From: Deltaproteobacteria bacterium
GTDB lineage: Bacteria > Myxococcota > Kuafuiibacteriia > Kuafuiibacteriales > Kuafuiibacteriaceae
Length of the DNA stretch: 64,000 nucleotides
Assembly: GCA_040218735.1 (NCBI GenBank)
Contig: JAVJQW010000058.1
Coordinates: 32,001 to 96,000, forward strand
Reading direction: 5' to 3'
Shown: positions 39,287 to 48,685 of the stretch, piece by piece
Numbering within the stretch: the first letter of the stretch is position 1
How the letters are laid out: every line of letters begins with the position of its first letter
Translations under genes and position numbers: made by a program
The notes under the pieces: model-generated
What the model was told of the DNA's origin: nothing
The model's input: the letters and a program-made list of their open reading frames with translations, nothing else
Database searches by the model: none

Positions 39287-40474
39287 TCAGGCCCGGAAGA
39301 TTTGGAAGAAGCGGGCCGGGTTGGCGCCCACCGCGACGGCGTCGCTCACCTTGAGCACGATGTTCTGGCGCTTGCGGTTGCCCGTGCTGGTCGGGTTGGC
39401 CTCGACCACCGTGGCCTGCTCCGCGTACACGCAGAGCCCGCCGAGCACGCCGCCGCTCACGACGCCGCCGCCGAGCTGCACGAGGACCGAGCGCACCGTC
39501 TGGTTCTTCTTCAGCTGCAGCTGCGCATCGGTGAAGTGCGGCTCGATGGTGATCATCGGCTCGATGGACTCGATCGTGTGGCCCTGACGACCGTTCGCGC
39601 CGCCGGATGCTTCATCCGGCTGCGCATCGAGGCCGAAGTCGATCTCGATGCGCCGGGTCGGGACCGCGACGCCGTTGATGAACACCGGCGAGAGCGTCCC
39701 GATCACCGGGGTGATCGGTGGCCCGGCGAGAGCGGCGGGAAGCGCGGACCCGAGCTTGCTCGTCGCGACCTTGCGATCGTACGCGACCTGGCCGACGAGC
39801 TTCGCGATCTGCCCGACCTCCGCGACGATCGACGCCTGCGTCCACTGCGAGCCGAAGAGCGTGTACTCGTCGCCGTCGTGGATGTGCACCCACTGGCTCG
39901 TCGGACCGCCTCCGTTGGCGTTGTACCGGAAGTTCCGCGTGCCGTAGGCGACGGCCGCGTTGGTGAAGTTGAAGCCCGGGTCGACGATCGTGTAGACGCC
40001 CGCGCCCGCGTCGGCGATGACCGGCGCCCAGTGCGCGCGCACGCCGCTTGTCGGCAGCCCGGCCTCGAAGATCGGGAGGACGTCCTGCACGTCGGCGACG
40101 TCGCTCCCCAGCTCGAGCGCGGCCCCCACGTGGCTGACGACGTCTTCGCCGTCGACGGTGTTCTCGGTGCCGAAGATGCCGGCGAGGATGTCATCGAGGA
40201 CGTCACTCGCCGGGGGAGAGGCCATGGCACCCGCGGCGGTCGCGAGTCCCCAGAGAGGCACCTCGACCGGGAACGAGCCCTTGTCGGGTCCTGGGATCGG
40301 CGCGGTCGGGTAGGGGCGATTCGTCGCGTAGTTGGTGTCGAGGACGTCCTGCTCGTCGCGGTCCTCGCCGACGGACATCGCCGGCAAGGGCGAGTACGCC
40401 GCGCCCGTGGCGTCACCCTCGACCGAATAGCTGCCCTCCAGGGCGTGCCAGAGGCCACGTGCTCGATCGCTCAT
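39287..40474 (-). CDS. major tail tube protein
   Basis: LEGSYSVEG N-terminus, beta-rich; position before chaperone and tape measure. Confidence 0.7.
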   Translation of the reverse strand: MSDRARGLWHALEGSYSVEGDATGAAYSPLPAMSVGEDRDEQDVLDTNYATNRPYPTAPIPGPDKGSFPVEVPLWGLATAAGAMASPPASDVLDDILAGIFGTENTVDGEDVVSHVGAALELGSDVADVQDVLPIFEAGLPTSGVRAHWAPVIADAGAGVYTIVDPGFNFTNAAVAYGTRNFRYNANGGGPTSQWVHIHDGDEYTLFGSQWTQASIVAEVGQIAKLVGQVAYDRKVATSKLGSALPAALAGPPITPVIGTLSPVFINGVAVPTRRIEIDFGLDAQPDEASGGANGRQGHTIESIEPMITIEPHFTDAQLQLKKNQTVRSVLVQLGGGVVSGGVLGGLCVYAEQATVVEANPTSTGNRKRQNIVLKVSDAVAVGANPARFFQIFRA

Positions 40475-40475
40475 T

Positions 40476-40928
40476 CTAATCGTCCTCCCAGCAAGTCACG
40501 CGGAACGTGATTTCCGCGACCCTGTCACCGGCCTCGGTCCGTCCGACTTCGATACCTTCGGTCACCACCGAGGCGACCTGTGCGGGCCACTGCGAGCGCC
40601 GCTCGATCGCGCGCGCGAGCAGGTTCGGCTCGTTCACCGCGCGCTGCAGCGCCGCCCAGTACGTGAGGCCCGCGCTCGAGATCCCAAGGCGCGCGATCAC
40701 CAGCCACTCGAGCAGCGTGTTGTCGGCGCCGTTCTCCATCTCCGGTTCTTCACGCACTGGATCCTCGAAGACGAAGGCGCGGTCGCCGGAGGTGCTCCCC
40801 GAGTCGATGCGGCTCGCGTTCTTCTCTTCGTCGAGGTGGTAGAACGTTCGCTCCGGCGCGGTGGGCGGCGTGAGCGCCTCCCAGTCGTCGGCGACCTGCT
40901 GCATCGCGGCGATCAGCGGCGAGGTCAT
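40476..40928 (-). CDS. tail terminator/completion protein
   Basis: 150 aa, acidic, upstream of tail tube, C-terminal strand AEITFRVT. Confidence 0.55.
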   Translation of the reverse strand: MTSPLIAAMQQVADDWEALTPPTAPERTFYHLDEEKNASRIDSGSTSGDRAFVFEDPVREEPEMENGADNTLLEWLVIARLGISSAGLTYWAALQRAVNEPNLLARAIERRSQWPAQVASVVTEGIEVGRTEAGDRVAEITFRVTCWEDD

Positions 40929-41732
40929 CTACTGCACCCGTCGCGCGAAGACGACGCGCCCCACGTTGTCCTCGACCGTGTCCACGACGAGGTCCTCGTC
41001 GGCGTCGTACTTGAGCGGTCCGATCGACGCCCACGCCTGATCAGCCTGCGTGCGGTAGTACCGGCCGAGCCCCGCCGATTCGTCCTCCTCGGACTCCGGG
41101 TTCGAGCAGTCGGCGAAGTAGATGATCTTCAGCGCGAGGTTGCGCTCGACGCGCATGAAGCGCTCGCGGTTGAGGACCGCGTTCGGTCGGCGATTCTTCG
41201 GGTCGCGGGCGGCGTCCTGCTCGATCTGGGCGCGGATCATCGCGTCCAGCTCGAGGCGCGCTTGGTAGCCGTACTCGCTGGCCATCGCCTCGTCGCTCAG
41301 CGCGGGCGAGAACCGGAGACCGAGTCGCTCGAGCACCTGGCCGATCTCCGGTCGAAGCACGAGGAGGTCGTTCAGCGACAGGACGCTCCGCTCGAGCGGG
41401 TACATCACGACGTCGAACAGCACGATCGCCGTGCGGTCCGAGGAGCCCCCTGTCTCGCGCCAGACGATCCGCGCCTGGTAGTCCTCGTCGAGGGTGGCGA
41501 GCGCGGGGACTGGAACGTCGATGCGAGACACCGACGGCGTGCCCACGGCGGCGATCGTCGCGGACCCGGTGCCGATGCTGTTCCCGAGCGGGTCGAAGAG
41601 CTCGTAGGTCGCGGTGGTCGCGGTGACGTTGCCGGTCCCGGGGACCTTCGGGAAGAACGAGACGACGCCGGCCGTGTTGCGGGCGACCTCCCAGCGCAGC
41701 TCGTCGAGCTCGGGCACGTACGGCGTCGGCAT
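40929..41732 (-). CDS. head-tail adaptor with N-terminal Ig-like domain
   Basis: Beta-rich N-half, helical C-half; follows the capsid genes. Confidence 0.55.
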   Translation of the reverse strand: MPTPYVPELDELRWEVARNTAGVVSFFPKVPGTGNVTATTATYELFDPLGNSIGTGSATIAAVGTPSVSRIDVPVPALATLDEDYQARIVWRETGGSSDRTAIVLFDVVMYPLERSVLSLNDLLVLRPEIGQVLERLGLRFSPALSDEAMASEYGYQARLELDAMIRAQIEQDAARDPKNRRPNAVLNRERFMRVERNLALKIIYFADCSNPESEEDESAGLGRYYRTQADQAWASIGPLKYDADEDLVVDTVEDNVGRVVFARRVQ

Positions 41733-41735
41733 GGG

Positions 41736-41936
41736 TCAGCTCTTGCGGCGTCGGCGCTTCTTCTTGGGCGGCGGGGCGGCCTCGATCTTCGAGGCCTGAG
41801 AGATTGGCGTGGGCGAGGAGACGGGCGCGTAGCCTTCGGGCGCGGTCGCCATCCGCCACCCTCGGGACTCGTACTGCCGCCGGTACGCCGCCGGCAGCAG
41901 CACGGGCCCGTTCCCCGACCTCAACGCCAGGTACAT
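41736..41936 (-). CDS. small basic protein downstream of capsid
   Basis: 66 aa, start overlaps the capsid stop, ends PPPKKKRRRRKS. Confidence 0.6.
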   Translation of the reverse strand: MYLALRSGNGPVLLPAAYRRQYESRGWRMATAPEGYAPVSSPTPISQASKIEAAPPPKKKRRRRKS

Positions 41937-43063
41937 CACGCGGCCAGGATGCTCCCGTGGTCGGTGTGCACGACGATGACGCTGGACACCTGTCCCTCGC
42001 GGGTGCGGCGACCGTAGTCGAGCTCGGCCTGCATCACGTCGGACGTGCGCTCGCGACCGTACGGGATGACGCGGAGCATCCCCTCTTCGTCCGCACGCCA
42101 GAGGCGATCGCGGTTCGCGAGGATGTTCCACGACGTCGGGTTCGCCTCGGAGACGGTGCCGGTCCCGTTGTCCGCGGTGTCGCCCGTGGTGAGCGCGACC
42201 GTCAACGTGGTCGTCGACGGGACGGTCAGCACCGGAGAGGACGCGAGCGGAGCGGTCAGGCCCGGCGCGACGATGTTCTGCCCCACGACGAAGCCGTGCG
42301 CCTCGGCGAAGGTCAGCGTCAGGATGTTCGTCGCCACCGAGCTCGCGGTGCACGCGAGGCTCCGGTTGCTCGGGACGGACTGCGACTCGAACGCCGGGAT
42401 GCCGTCGATGGACCCGACCATCCGAAGGCCGAGCTCGGCCATCGGCTTATCCATCTTCTCGAACTCCGGGAGCGTCTTGATCGTGCCGGCGCCCCACGAG
42501 TCGAGCATCCAGACCAGGTCGTTCTTGTCGACGCCATCGACGTCCGTCATGCGTGCGATCGCGGACCGCACCATGTTGAGCGTCAGCGCGGCGCCGTTCA
42601 CGTTCTCGTGCGTGACGACCGCGGCCGCATCGGCGGCGCCGACGATCTGGGCGCCCACGAACGCCAGGTAGTTCGCGTCGCGCGAGTCCTGGTCATTGCG
42701 CAGGCTCGCCTGCACCTTCTTCGCGACGCGCTGGACATACTGCCCTCGGCCCGCGCCCTGGAAGTGCTTCTTCCACCGGCGCAGCTCACCGGAGAACCCG
42801 CGAGCCTGGTCCTTGCGGAGCGTGGTCGCGATGTCGTCGATGTCCTGGACGGTGAGGTTGTTGTGGGAGCGCGCGGCGACCGAGGTGTCGACGGCGTCCT
42901 GGATCGTGATGTTGGAGAACTCGCCGATGTCCATCGACTCGCTTCCGCGCATCATCTCCGTGAGGTCCTGCCAGAGCATCGACAGGTAGAACGACCGCGA
43001 GTCGAGATCGATCATCTCGTCGCGCACGTCGTGGGTGAAGTTGTTGAGTACGGTCGTGCTCAC
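41936..43063 (-). CDS. major capsid protein with inserted beta domain
   Basis: Follows portal and scaffold; VGSIDGIPAFESQSVP and AELDYG HK97-fold-like motifs. Confidence 0.75.
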   Translation of the reverse strand: MSTTVLNNFTHDVRDEMIDLDSRSFYLSMLWQDLTEMMRGSESMDIGEFSNITIQDAVDTSVAARSHNNLTVQDIDDIATTLRKDQARGFSGELRRWKKHFQGAGRGQYVQRVAKKVQASLRNDQDSRDANYLAFVGAQIVGAADAAAVVTHENVNGAALTLNMVRSAIARMTDVDGVDKNDLVWMLDSWGAGTIKTLPEFEKMDKPMAELGLRMVGSIDGIPAFESQSVPSNRSLACTASSVATNILTLTFAEAHGFVVGQNIVAPGLTAPLASSPVLTVPSTTTLTVALTTGDTADNGTGTVSEANPTSWNILANRDRLWRADEEGMLRVIPYGRERTSDVMQAELDYGRRTREGQVSSVIVVHTDHGSILAA

Positions 43064-43078
43064 CGCGGTCTCCGTTCG

Positions 43079-43753
43079 TTACTGCGCAGCGCCAGCCTGA
43101 ACATCGGCGGCGGCCGGCGGGTCCTCGTCGCGCTCCCACGTCCGCCTCGGAGCACCCTTCAGCTTGAAGGGGTCGAAGGACCGGTGGGACCGCTTGTAGT
43201 CCATGGCCGCGTTCGGATCGTTCTTCTTGAACGACTGCCAATCGTCGTAGCTGTCGAATCGCTGTGCGGTCGGGGGGGACTGCGTCGCCGCGTCACCGTT
43301 CTTGGGGCTCGCGCCCGTTCCGCCGTCCGTCGCCGGGGGCGTGCTGATTGAGCCAAGACCTTCCGCGAGCGCCAACGCTGCCGCGACGCCGTGTTCGGCC
43401 TTGATCGACTCGACGCGCTCGCGCGCCTTCTCGTCGAGACCCTTCATGGCCGCGTCGAGCTTCAGTTCGGCTCGCACCGAAGCGGTGATGCTCTCCACGT
43501 CCAGATCACCCTTAGACGCCTTCGGATCCGTCGCCGGCTCCTTGTCGTCCTTCTTGCTCTTCGACCCCTCGAGCGCCGCAAAGCGCTCCTGGGTCTTTTT
43601 CGACAGCCCCTCGAAGCGTTCGTCGACCTTCTTCGAGAACTCGTCGAACTGCGACTTCACCGCCTCCGCCACCAAAGCCGCGATGTCCGTGCCGTCACCG
43701 GGTTTCGGTTCGGGCGTCGGCGAGGGCGTCTTCGGGATGAGGGGCTCGGCCAT
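43079..43753 (-). CDS. capsid scaffolding protein
   Basis: Charged coiled coil with Pro-rich ends, between portal and capsid. Confidence 0.7.
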   Translation of the reverse strand: MAEPLIPKTPSPTPEPKPGDGTDIAALVAEAVKSQFDEFSKKVDERFEGLSKKTQERFAALEGSKSKKDDKEPATDPKASKGDLDVESITASVRAELKLDAAMKGLDEKARERVESIKAEHGVAAALALAEGLGSISTPPATDGGTGASPKNGDAATQSPPTAQRFDSYDDWQSFKKNDPNAAMDYKRSHRSFDPFKLKGAPRRTWERDEDPPAAADVQAGAAQ

Positions 43754-43761
43754 CGACGGCG

Positions 43762-43798
43762 AGCGTGCGGGGCCCCGGGGTCATTTCGCCCCCGGTGA
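43762..43798 (-). promoter_or_regulatory. putative phage late promoter motif, copy 1
   Basis: TCACCGGGGGCGAAATGACCCCGGGGCCCCGCACGCT, ends 8 nt before the scaffold ATG. Confidence 0.6.
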
Positions 43799-43802
43799 GG
43801 CG

Positions 43803-45290
43803 CTACGCGCTCTGTGCGGCGCGGATGTTCTGCACGACGCTCGTCGACGGGTCCGGGTTCGGATCCTCGGGGTCGGCCGGTCGCTTCCCGTCCACGGGCG
43901 GGGGCTCGTCGACCTTCTCGCCATCGTCGTTGCCTGCGACGCGGTACTTCTCGTTGTCGTCCTGGACCCGCACGAACCGGTCGATCGCCTGCTGGCGGTT
44001 GCATCCGCGTTCCGCCTGGATCAGGTCGATCCGGCTCGCGACGCCGAGGGCGATCCGCTTCGCGAAGCTGTCGAGGAGCTCGGCGTCGTCCATCGGCAGG
44101 TTCGGGTCCGCGATCTCGACCTCGAGCTCCAGGTCCGTCGGGAGCGTCTTCTCGCCCCAGCTCTTCGCGAACTCGTTGTGGACCGCGACGTACTTCTCCC
44201 ACCCGAGCCGCTCGTCGTTGCGCGCGAGCGGGAGCTGCTCCTCGCGGCGGGCCATGAGGGGGCCCTCCTGGACCTTCAGGGCGGCGCCGGTGACGACCTG
44301 CCGGCCGCGCATGAACTCCTCCACCGGGATGTCCTCGGTCGACACGAAGATCTTCACGAGCTCGGTGAGGACCTCGCGACACTCGTCGATCTTCGGCGTG
44401 CGCTGGACCGAGTCCACCTCGACGTCCTTCGGAAGAACCGGGCGCACGCGGTGCCCCGTCTCGTCGGGCACGCCGGCGGTGTTGTCCGTCCGATAGAACG
44501 TCTCGTCGTGCGCCTGGTTCACGATCAGCGACCACAGGTCGTTCACGATCGCGTTGAAGGCCATGATGAACGCAGTACGCGACGACCGCGGCGGGAGCCA
44601 CGCGCGCCCAGCGGGGTACTGGTCGTAGATCATCTGGACCGGGAGCGTTGAGCCGTAGGGGCTCTTGCCTCCCTCGAACGGCGAGGCCTGCTCCGCGTCC
44701 TCCTTGTTGACGCGCCGGACGGTGTACAGCCCGCTGTCGGCGCGTTCCCAGATCTCGTACGTCGGGTCGCTCCGAGGCCCCATGCGGAGCCCGAAAGCGA
44801 GGTCGCTCTCGATGTGGTCGGGATCCGACGGGTCCGGCGCGCGGATCACGTTGAACGGCTCGAAGTAGCGCAGGACGACGGACTTCGTCGCGTTGCTCGC
44901 GGCGTAGCGAACCGCGACCTGCCGGTGAAGCGAACGGCGCCGATCGATCTCGTGGAGGGCGAGGTCGTAGTTCGACCGGTCCAGCGCGCGGATCATCGCC
45001 TTGTGTTGCTCGGACGCCTCCTTGTAGCGGTCGCCGCCGCCCGGTTTGCGCACCCATCGCGTCGGCGGCTTGTCGTAGACGACGGCGAGGCGGTCGACGA
45101 CGCGACGCACGAGGTTGAACTCGATCGGGAACTCGTTGTCTTTGATGCCGACGCCGAGCGCCTGGAGGAACTCGATCGTCTTCTCGCGCCCCTGGTCGTC
45201 GTACGCGAGCGACTGCCGTCCCCACTCCTCGTCGGCGTTCGGCGGCTTCCACTGCTTGTCGCGGTCCAGGAGCTCGGCCAGCTTCATCAT
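43803..45290 (-). CDS. portal protein (SPP1-like)
   Basis: FNLVRRVVDRLAVVY, TGAALK, GVASRIDLI; size and position. Confidence 0.8.
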   Translation of the reverse strand: MMKLAELLDRDKQWKPPNADEEWGRQSLAYDDQGREKTIEFLQALGVGIKDNEFPIEFNLVRRVVDRLAVVYDKPPTRWVRKPGGGDRYKEASEQHKAMIRALDRSNYDLALHEIDRRRSLHRQVAVRYAASNATKSVVLRYFEPFNVIRAPDPSDPDHIESDLAFGLRMGPRSDPTYEIWERADSGLYTVRRVNKEDAEQASPFEGGKSPYGSTLPVQMIYDQYPAGRAWLPPRSSRTAFIMAFNAIVNDLWSLIVNQAHDETFYRTDNTAGVPDETGHRVRPVLPKDVEVDSVQRTPKIDECREVLTELVKIFVSTEDIPVEEFMRGRQVVTGAALKVQEGPLMARREEQLPLARNDERLGWEKYVAVHNEFAKSWGEKTLPTDLELEVEIADPNLPMDDAELLDSFAKRIALGVASRIDLIQAERGCNRQQAIDRFVRVQDDNEKYRVAGNDDGEKVDEPPPVDGKRPADPEDPNPDPSTSVVQNIRAAQSA

Positions 45291-45763
45291 GCTCGGATCC
45301 TCCGCAGCTCTCCGATGAGTCCGGCGCCGCCGTTCGTCAGTTGCCGATCGATCTCCTTCTGCGCGGCCTCCACGAGCCCGGCGTCGATCTTCTCGTCGAC
45401 GCGCATCGGCTCGATCTTCCGCGTGTGGATCAGCACGGCCATGAGCGCCTGCCTGCGGCCCCGGAGGCTGGCTCCGAGGTCCTCTCGCTTCCCGATCGGG
45501 CGCACGACGGATCGGAAGGGGTCGTAGCGGATGCTGCGGATCAGGTCGCCCGTGCGGTTCAGCGGCCGTCCGCCCTGTTGGGGCGTCGGGAGCGGGGTCC
45601 CGTCGCCGTCCTGGCCCGATCGGATGCGCTTCCGAAGGAGCGTCGCGACGCGGTTGCCCGCGGCCTTCTTGACGCGGTCCCCGTCGATTCTCAGGCGAAG
45701 GTTGAGCGGGACCTTCAGCTCCACGGAGAGCAGGTCATCGGTTCCACCGAACTGCGACGGCAT
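45287..45763 (-). CDS. virion morphogenesis / tail-completion-like protein
   Basis: Basic; RPLNRTGDLIRSIRY motif; start uncertain (45763 or 45829). Confidence 0.55.
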   Translation of the reverse strand: MPSQFGGTDDLLSVELKVPLNLRLRIDGDRVKKAAGNRVATLLRKRIRSGQDGDGTPLPTPQQGGRPLNRTGDLIRSIRYDPFRSVVRPIGKREDLGASLRGRRQALMAVLIHTRKIEPMRVDEKIDAGLVEAAQKEIDRQLTNGGAGLIGELRRIRA

Positions 45764-45886
45764 CAGCAGGCTCCCAAGCGCGAACCGCGGCGCGACGCCC
45801 GCGTCGATGCCCCTCCCCGCTGACGACACGCCGCGATTCGCATGGGGGCGAGCGTGGGCCGACGCCGGGTCGGAATCGCTGCGGTG

Positions 45887-47332
45887 TCACCGATGCCGGA
45901 TGACGCGGGCCTCCGCGCGCTCGAGCGGGAGCTGCTCGGCGACGACGTACCGGAAGGCGTCGCAGGCGTGGTCGCGGAGGTTGTCCTTGATCGGCTTCCC
46001 CGTGGCCTCGTTCCGCCGGTAGCGCTGGACCGCGTCGATCACGCCGTATTGGGCGTGGTCGCGGAGCGGCGCGCCGCACTTCGGGCACCGATCCGGACGC
46101 GCGCGGTTGTCCCACGATCCCCACTCGCACTTCGAGCACGCCGGGTACGTTCCGGTGAGGCCGCGCCAGAAGAGGATCCGCGCGTTGCCCCACGAGTCGA
46201 GCAGCGCCGCCTGCACGAACCGAATCCCGGTCTCGACCGCGTACGTCTCGTCGCCGCGCTCCTTCCGCACGATCCGCACGCCGGGGAAGTGCTTGTAGAG
46301 CGCGCGCCGCTCGTCGCGGTCGGTGTTCGGGTCGACGTGGATCGTCGACACGCCCGGCTCGATCCGCCAGTGCCCCCGCTCAGCCTTGATCCGCATGCAG
46401 ATCTCGTCGACGGACAGGTTCGTCGCGGCCATCTCGTCGACGAACAGGAGGCCCTTCTGCGTGCCGTGGGCGCGGCCGGCGATCGACCTCGCCGGCATCG
46501 GCATCGGCTGAGCGAAGACGACGTGGGCCCCGTTGCCGACGTCCATGCCGACATCGACGGCGACGTGCGGCTTGCCGCGCATCTCCGTCAGGTGGATCGC
46601 CGCGTTGTACTGCGAGTAGATCGCGCCCGGCGGCGACATCCACCGCCCCTCGAGCAGGCTCCCCTCGTACCCACTTGGGCACGCGCCGCGGAACCGCTCC
46701 ATCAGCTCCGCGGGGATGTGGACGTTGTCGGCCGTCGCCGCGAGGACCGTGTGGTAGGCGGGATCGTCGGGCCGGTCGAACGTGTCCCGGACCCAACCCG
46801 ACTCAGGCAGGCCCGAGGCGATCATCGCGCGCCGCTTCGAGTGCGGATCGCGCAGGCGCGCCATGTAGTTCAGGTAGCGTCGCGGGTCCGAGCTGAACGC
46901 CGGGTGCTGAACCTCGTCGATCCAGCACGCGAAGGCGCTGATGCCCTCCATCTCGGCTTCGCCGGACGTGAAGAGGATTCGAACGCCGTTGACGAGGATC
47001 CACTCGTAGTGGGGCGCCGCCCGCTTCTTGAGGATCGCCTCCCGCGGGATGACGCCCTCGAGCGTCGCCATCGTGGCCTGCTTGAGGACGCGCAGCGTCG
47101 GCGCGGCGACGATCGCGGTCGGGTTCCCGTCGCCGTACGCCTCGGTCCACGGGTTCTCGCAGCACAGCTTGAAGAAGCGCCGCGCGGCGCCCTCGGTCTT
47201 GCCTGCGCCCCAGCCGCCGCCGAGGAACTCGACGGTCTGCTGGATCCGCGCGGGGTCGTCCGGCTCCCAGCTGAAGAAGTCCCACTGGTGCGGGAGGAAC
47301 TCCGACCAGTCGAGGTACTGCGGCGCGCTCAC
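45887..47332 (-). CDS. terminase large subunit
   Basis: LPHQ Q-motif, GGWGAGKT Walker A, WIDE Walker B, GMDVG and DHACDAFRY nuclease motifs; GTG start overlaps the upstream stop. Confidence 0.92.
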   Translation of the reverse strand: MSAPQYLDWSEFLPHQWDFFSWEPDDPARIQQTVEFLGGGWGAGKTEGAARRFFKLCCENPWTEAYGDGNPTAIVAAPTLRVLKQATMATLEGVIPREAILKKRAAPHYEWILVNGVRILFTSGEAEMEGISAFACWIDEVQHPAFSSDPRRYLNYMARLRDPHSKRRAMIASGLPESGWVRDTFDRPDDPAYHTVLAATADNVHIPAELMERFRGACPSGYEGSLLEGRWMSPPGAIYSQYNAAIHLTEMRGKPHVAVDVGMDVGNGAHVVFAQPMPMPARSIAGRAHGTQKGLLFVDEMAATNLSVDEICMRIKAERGHWRIEPGVSTIHVDPNTDRDERRALYKHFPGVRIVRKERGDETYAVETGIRFVQAALLDSWGNARILFWRGLTGTYPACSKCEWGSWDNRARPDRCPKCGAPLRDHAQYGVIDAVQRYRRNEATGKPIKDNLRDHACDAFRYVVAEQLPLERAEARVIRHR

Positions 47333-47898
47333 TTCTTCGGCTCGCTGACGCCGGGCACGACGAGGTTGAGCTCGGTGTACGCGGGTCGCGCGCTCCCGCC
47401 TTGGAGCAGCTCGAGCGTCTGGGCGAGCGCCTTCGACAACGTGCCGAACTGTGACGGCGGCGCGGAGCTGAGGCCCGTGAGCGCGCGGATCACCATGGCG
47501 CCGATCGCGACGAAGCCGAGCTCGCCGATCGCCGCGGGCTTGCGCTGCAGGAGTGCCTTCTCCTTCCGAGCGAGGCGCGTGACGCGCTTCAGCCACTCGG
47601 GGTCCTTCGCGAACTCCGACAGGCCCATGACGGCCGCCGCGACCTCCGGCTTCTTCTCGATCGTCAGGCCCAGCGCGAGGAGCTTCGGCGCCGCCGCTTC
47701 GATGGCAGCGCGCGTGACCTCGTCGTCAGCGCCGTAGGACGCGCGGACCTCGGCGGCAGCGTCGGGGTCACTCTTCTCGAGGCGGTTGAGGTCGCGCTGG
47801 CGATGCTTCGTGGGGCGGCATCGGATGCACCAGCGCGGACGGCCGCCCTTCACGGGTTCGACCGCGCCGCATCCCTCGCAGGTGAATGTCTTCGCCAC
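47329..47898 (-). CDS. putative terminase small subunit with N-terminal zinc ribbon
   Basis: CEGC...CIRC; coupled to terL; positional call. Confidence 0.55.
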   Translation of the reverse strand: MAKTFTCEGCGAVEPVKGGRPRWCIRCRPTKHRQRDLNRLEKSDPDAAAEVRASYGADDEVTRAAIEAAAPKLLALGLTIEKKPEVAAAVMGLSEFAKDPEWLKRVTRLARKEKALLQRKPAAIGELGFVAIGAMVIRALTGLSSAPPSQFGTLSKALAQTLELLQGGSARPAYTELNLVVPGVSEPKK

Positions 47899-48319
47899 GC
47901 CCGCCGGGCACCCGGCTACGATCCCGCCGGGGGCGCGACGAGCTCGCGCTCGCAGCGGTCACCGGGGGGTCGGCCGCGGTCGAGGCCCTCGCGGGCGCCG
48001 CCGTCCTCCCTGTCCATGCTCCGAGCGTCGGATCGTCAGGGGGCGGTAGGGGTTGGGTGGGAGTGGGGGGCCCGGGCAAAAAGGACAGGTAGGAGCGCCT
48101 GTCGGGGTCCCCCTTAAAACCAAAGAGCCTCCAGGGTCAGGAGCCGAACCGACGGCAGTTGTGGAAGGAGTCCACGACCCGATAGCCAAGCCCCGGAAAC
48201 CAGGCGACCCACAAACCAGGCGCGATCGTCGAAACCAGGGACCCAAACGACCATTGAATGTGATGAATCCTGTCGCCCTCCCGGTCGCGGTCTTCGAAGT
48301 CGCTCATACCTTTCGAGGC

Positions 48320-48685
48320 TCACGACTTGAGCAGCACCGCCACGAGCAGCGCAGCAGCGAGCGCGAGGAGTACGCCCGTTGCCGTTCGATCCTGCCGCAT
48401 GAGCTGCAAGCGCGCCTCGTGGATGCGCAGGTCGGCCGCTGACCGCGCTGACCGATAAGCCTCGGCGATGCCTCGCTCTGTTCCGGTCAGCGTGGCGAGC
48501 GCGCGGCGATCTCCAACCCACCACGCGTACTCGGCGGCTGAGGTGCCGGACGGCAGGAAGGCGACACGCTTCGGCTGCATCGTGCTCATGTACCCACCAC
48601 ACAGCGGACAGCGGCCTGACCTGTACTCATCGTCGGCGCGCGGCTCGAGGTAGCAGCACGCATCGCAGAAGGCATGACGGCTCAC
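48320..48685 (-). CDS. zinc-finger protein with C-terminal TM
   Basis: CDAC...CPLC; hydrophobic C-terminus; ATGA overlap. Confidence 0.6.
   Translation of the reverse strand: MSRHAFCDACCYLEPRADDEYRSGRCPLCGGYMSTMQPKRVAFLPSGTSAAEYAWWVGDRRALATLTGTERGIAEAYRSARSAADLRIHEARLQLMRQDRTATGVLLALAAALLVAVLLKS

Noticed and set aside
41736-41780. SV40-like nuclear localisation signal PPPKKKRRRRKS
   Set aside because: Basic tails are common on small post-capsid proteins and similar poly-K/R tracts occur in host genes here (1913-2350, 5344-7719); no evidence of a eukaryotic target.
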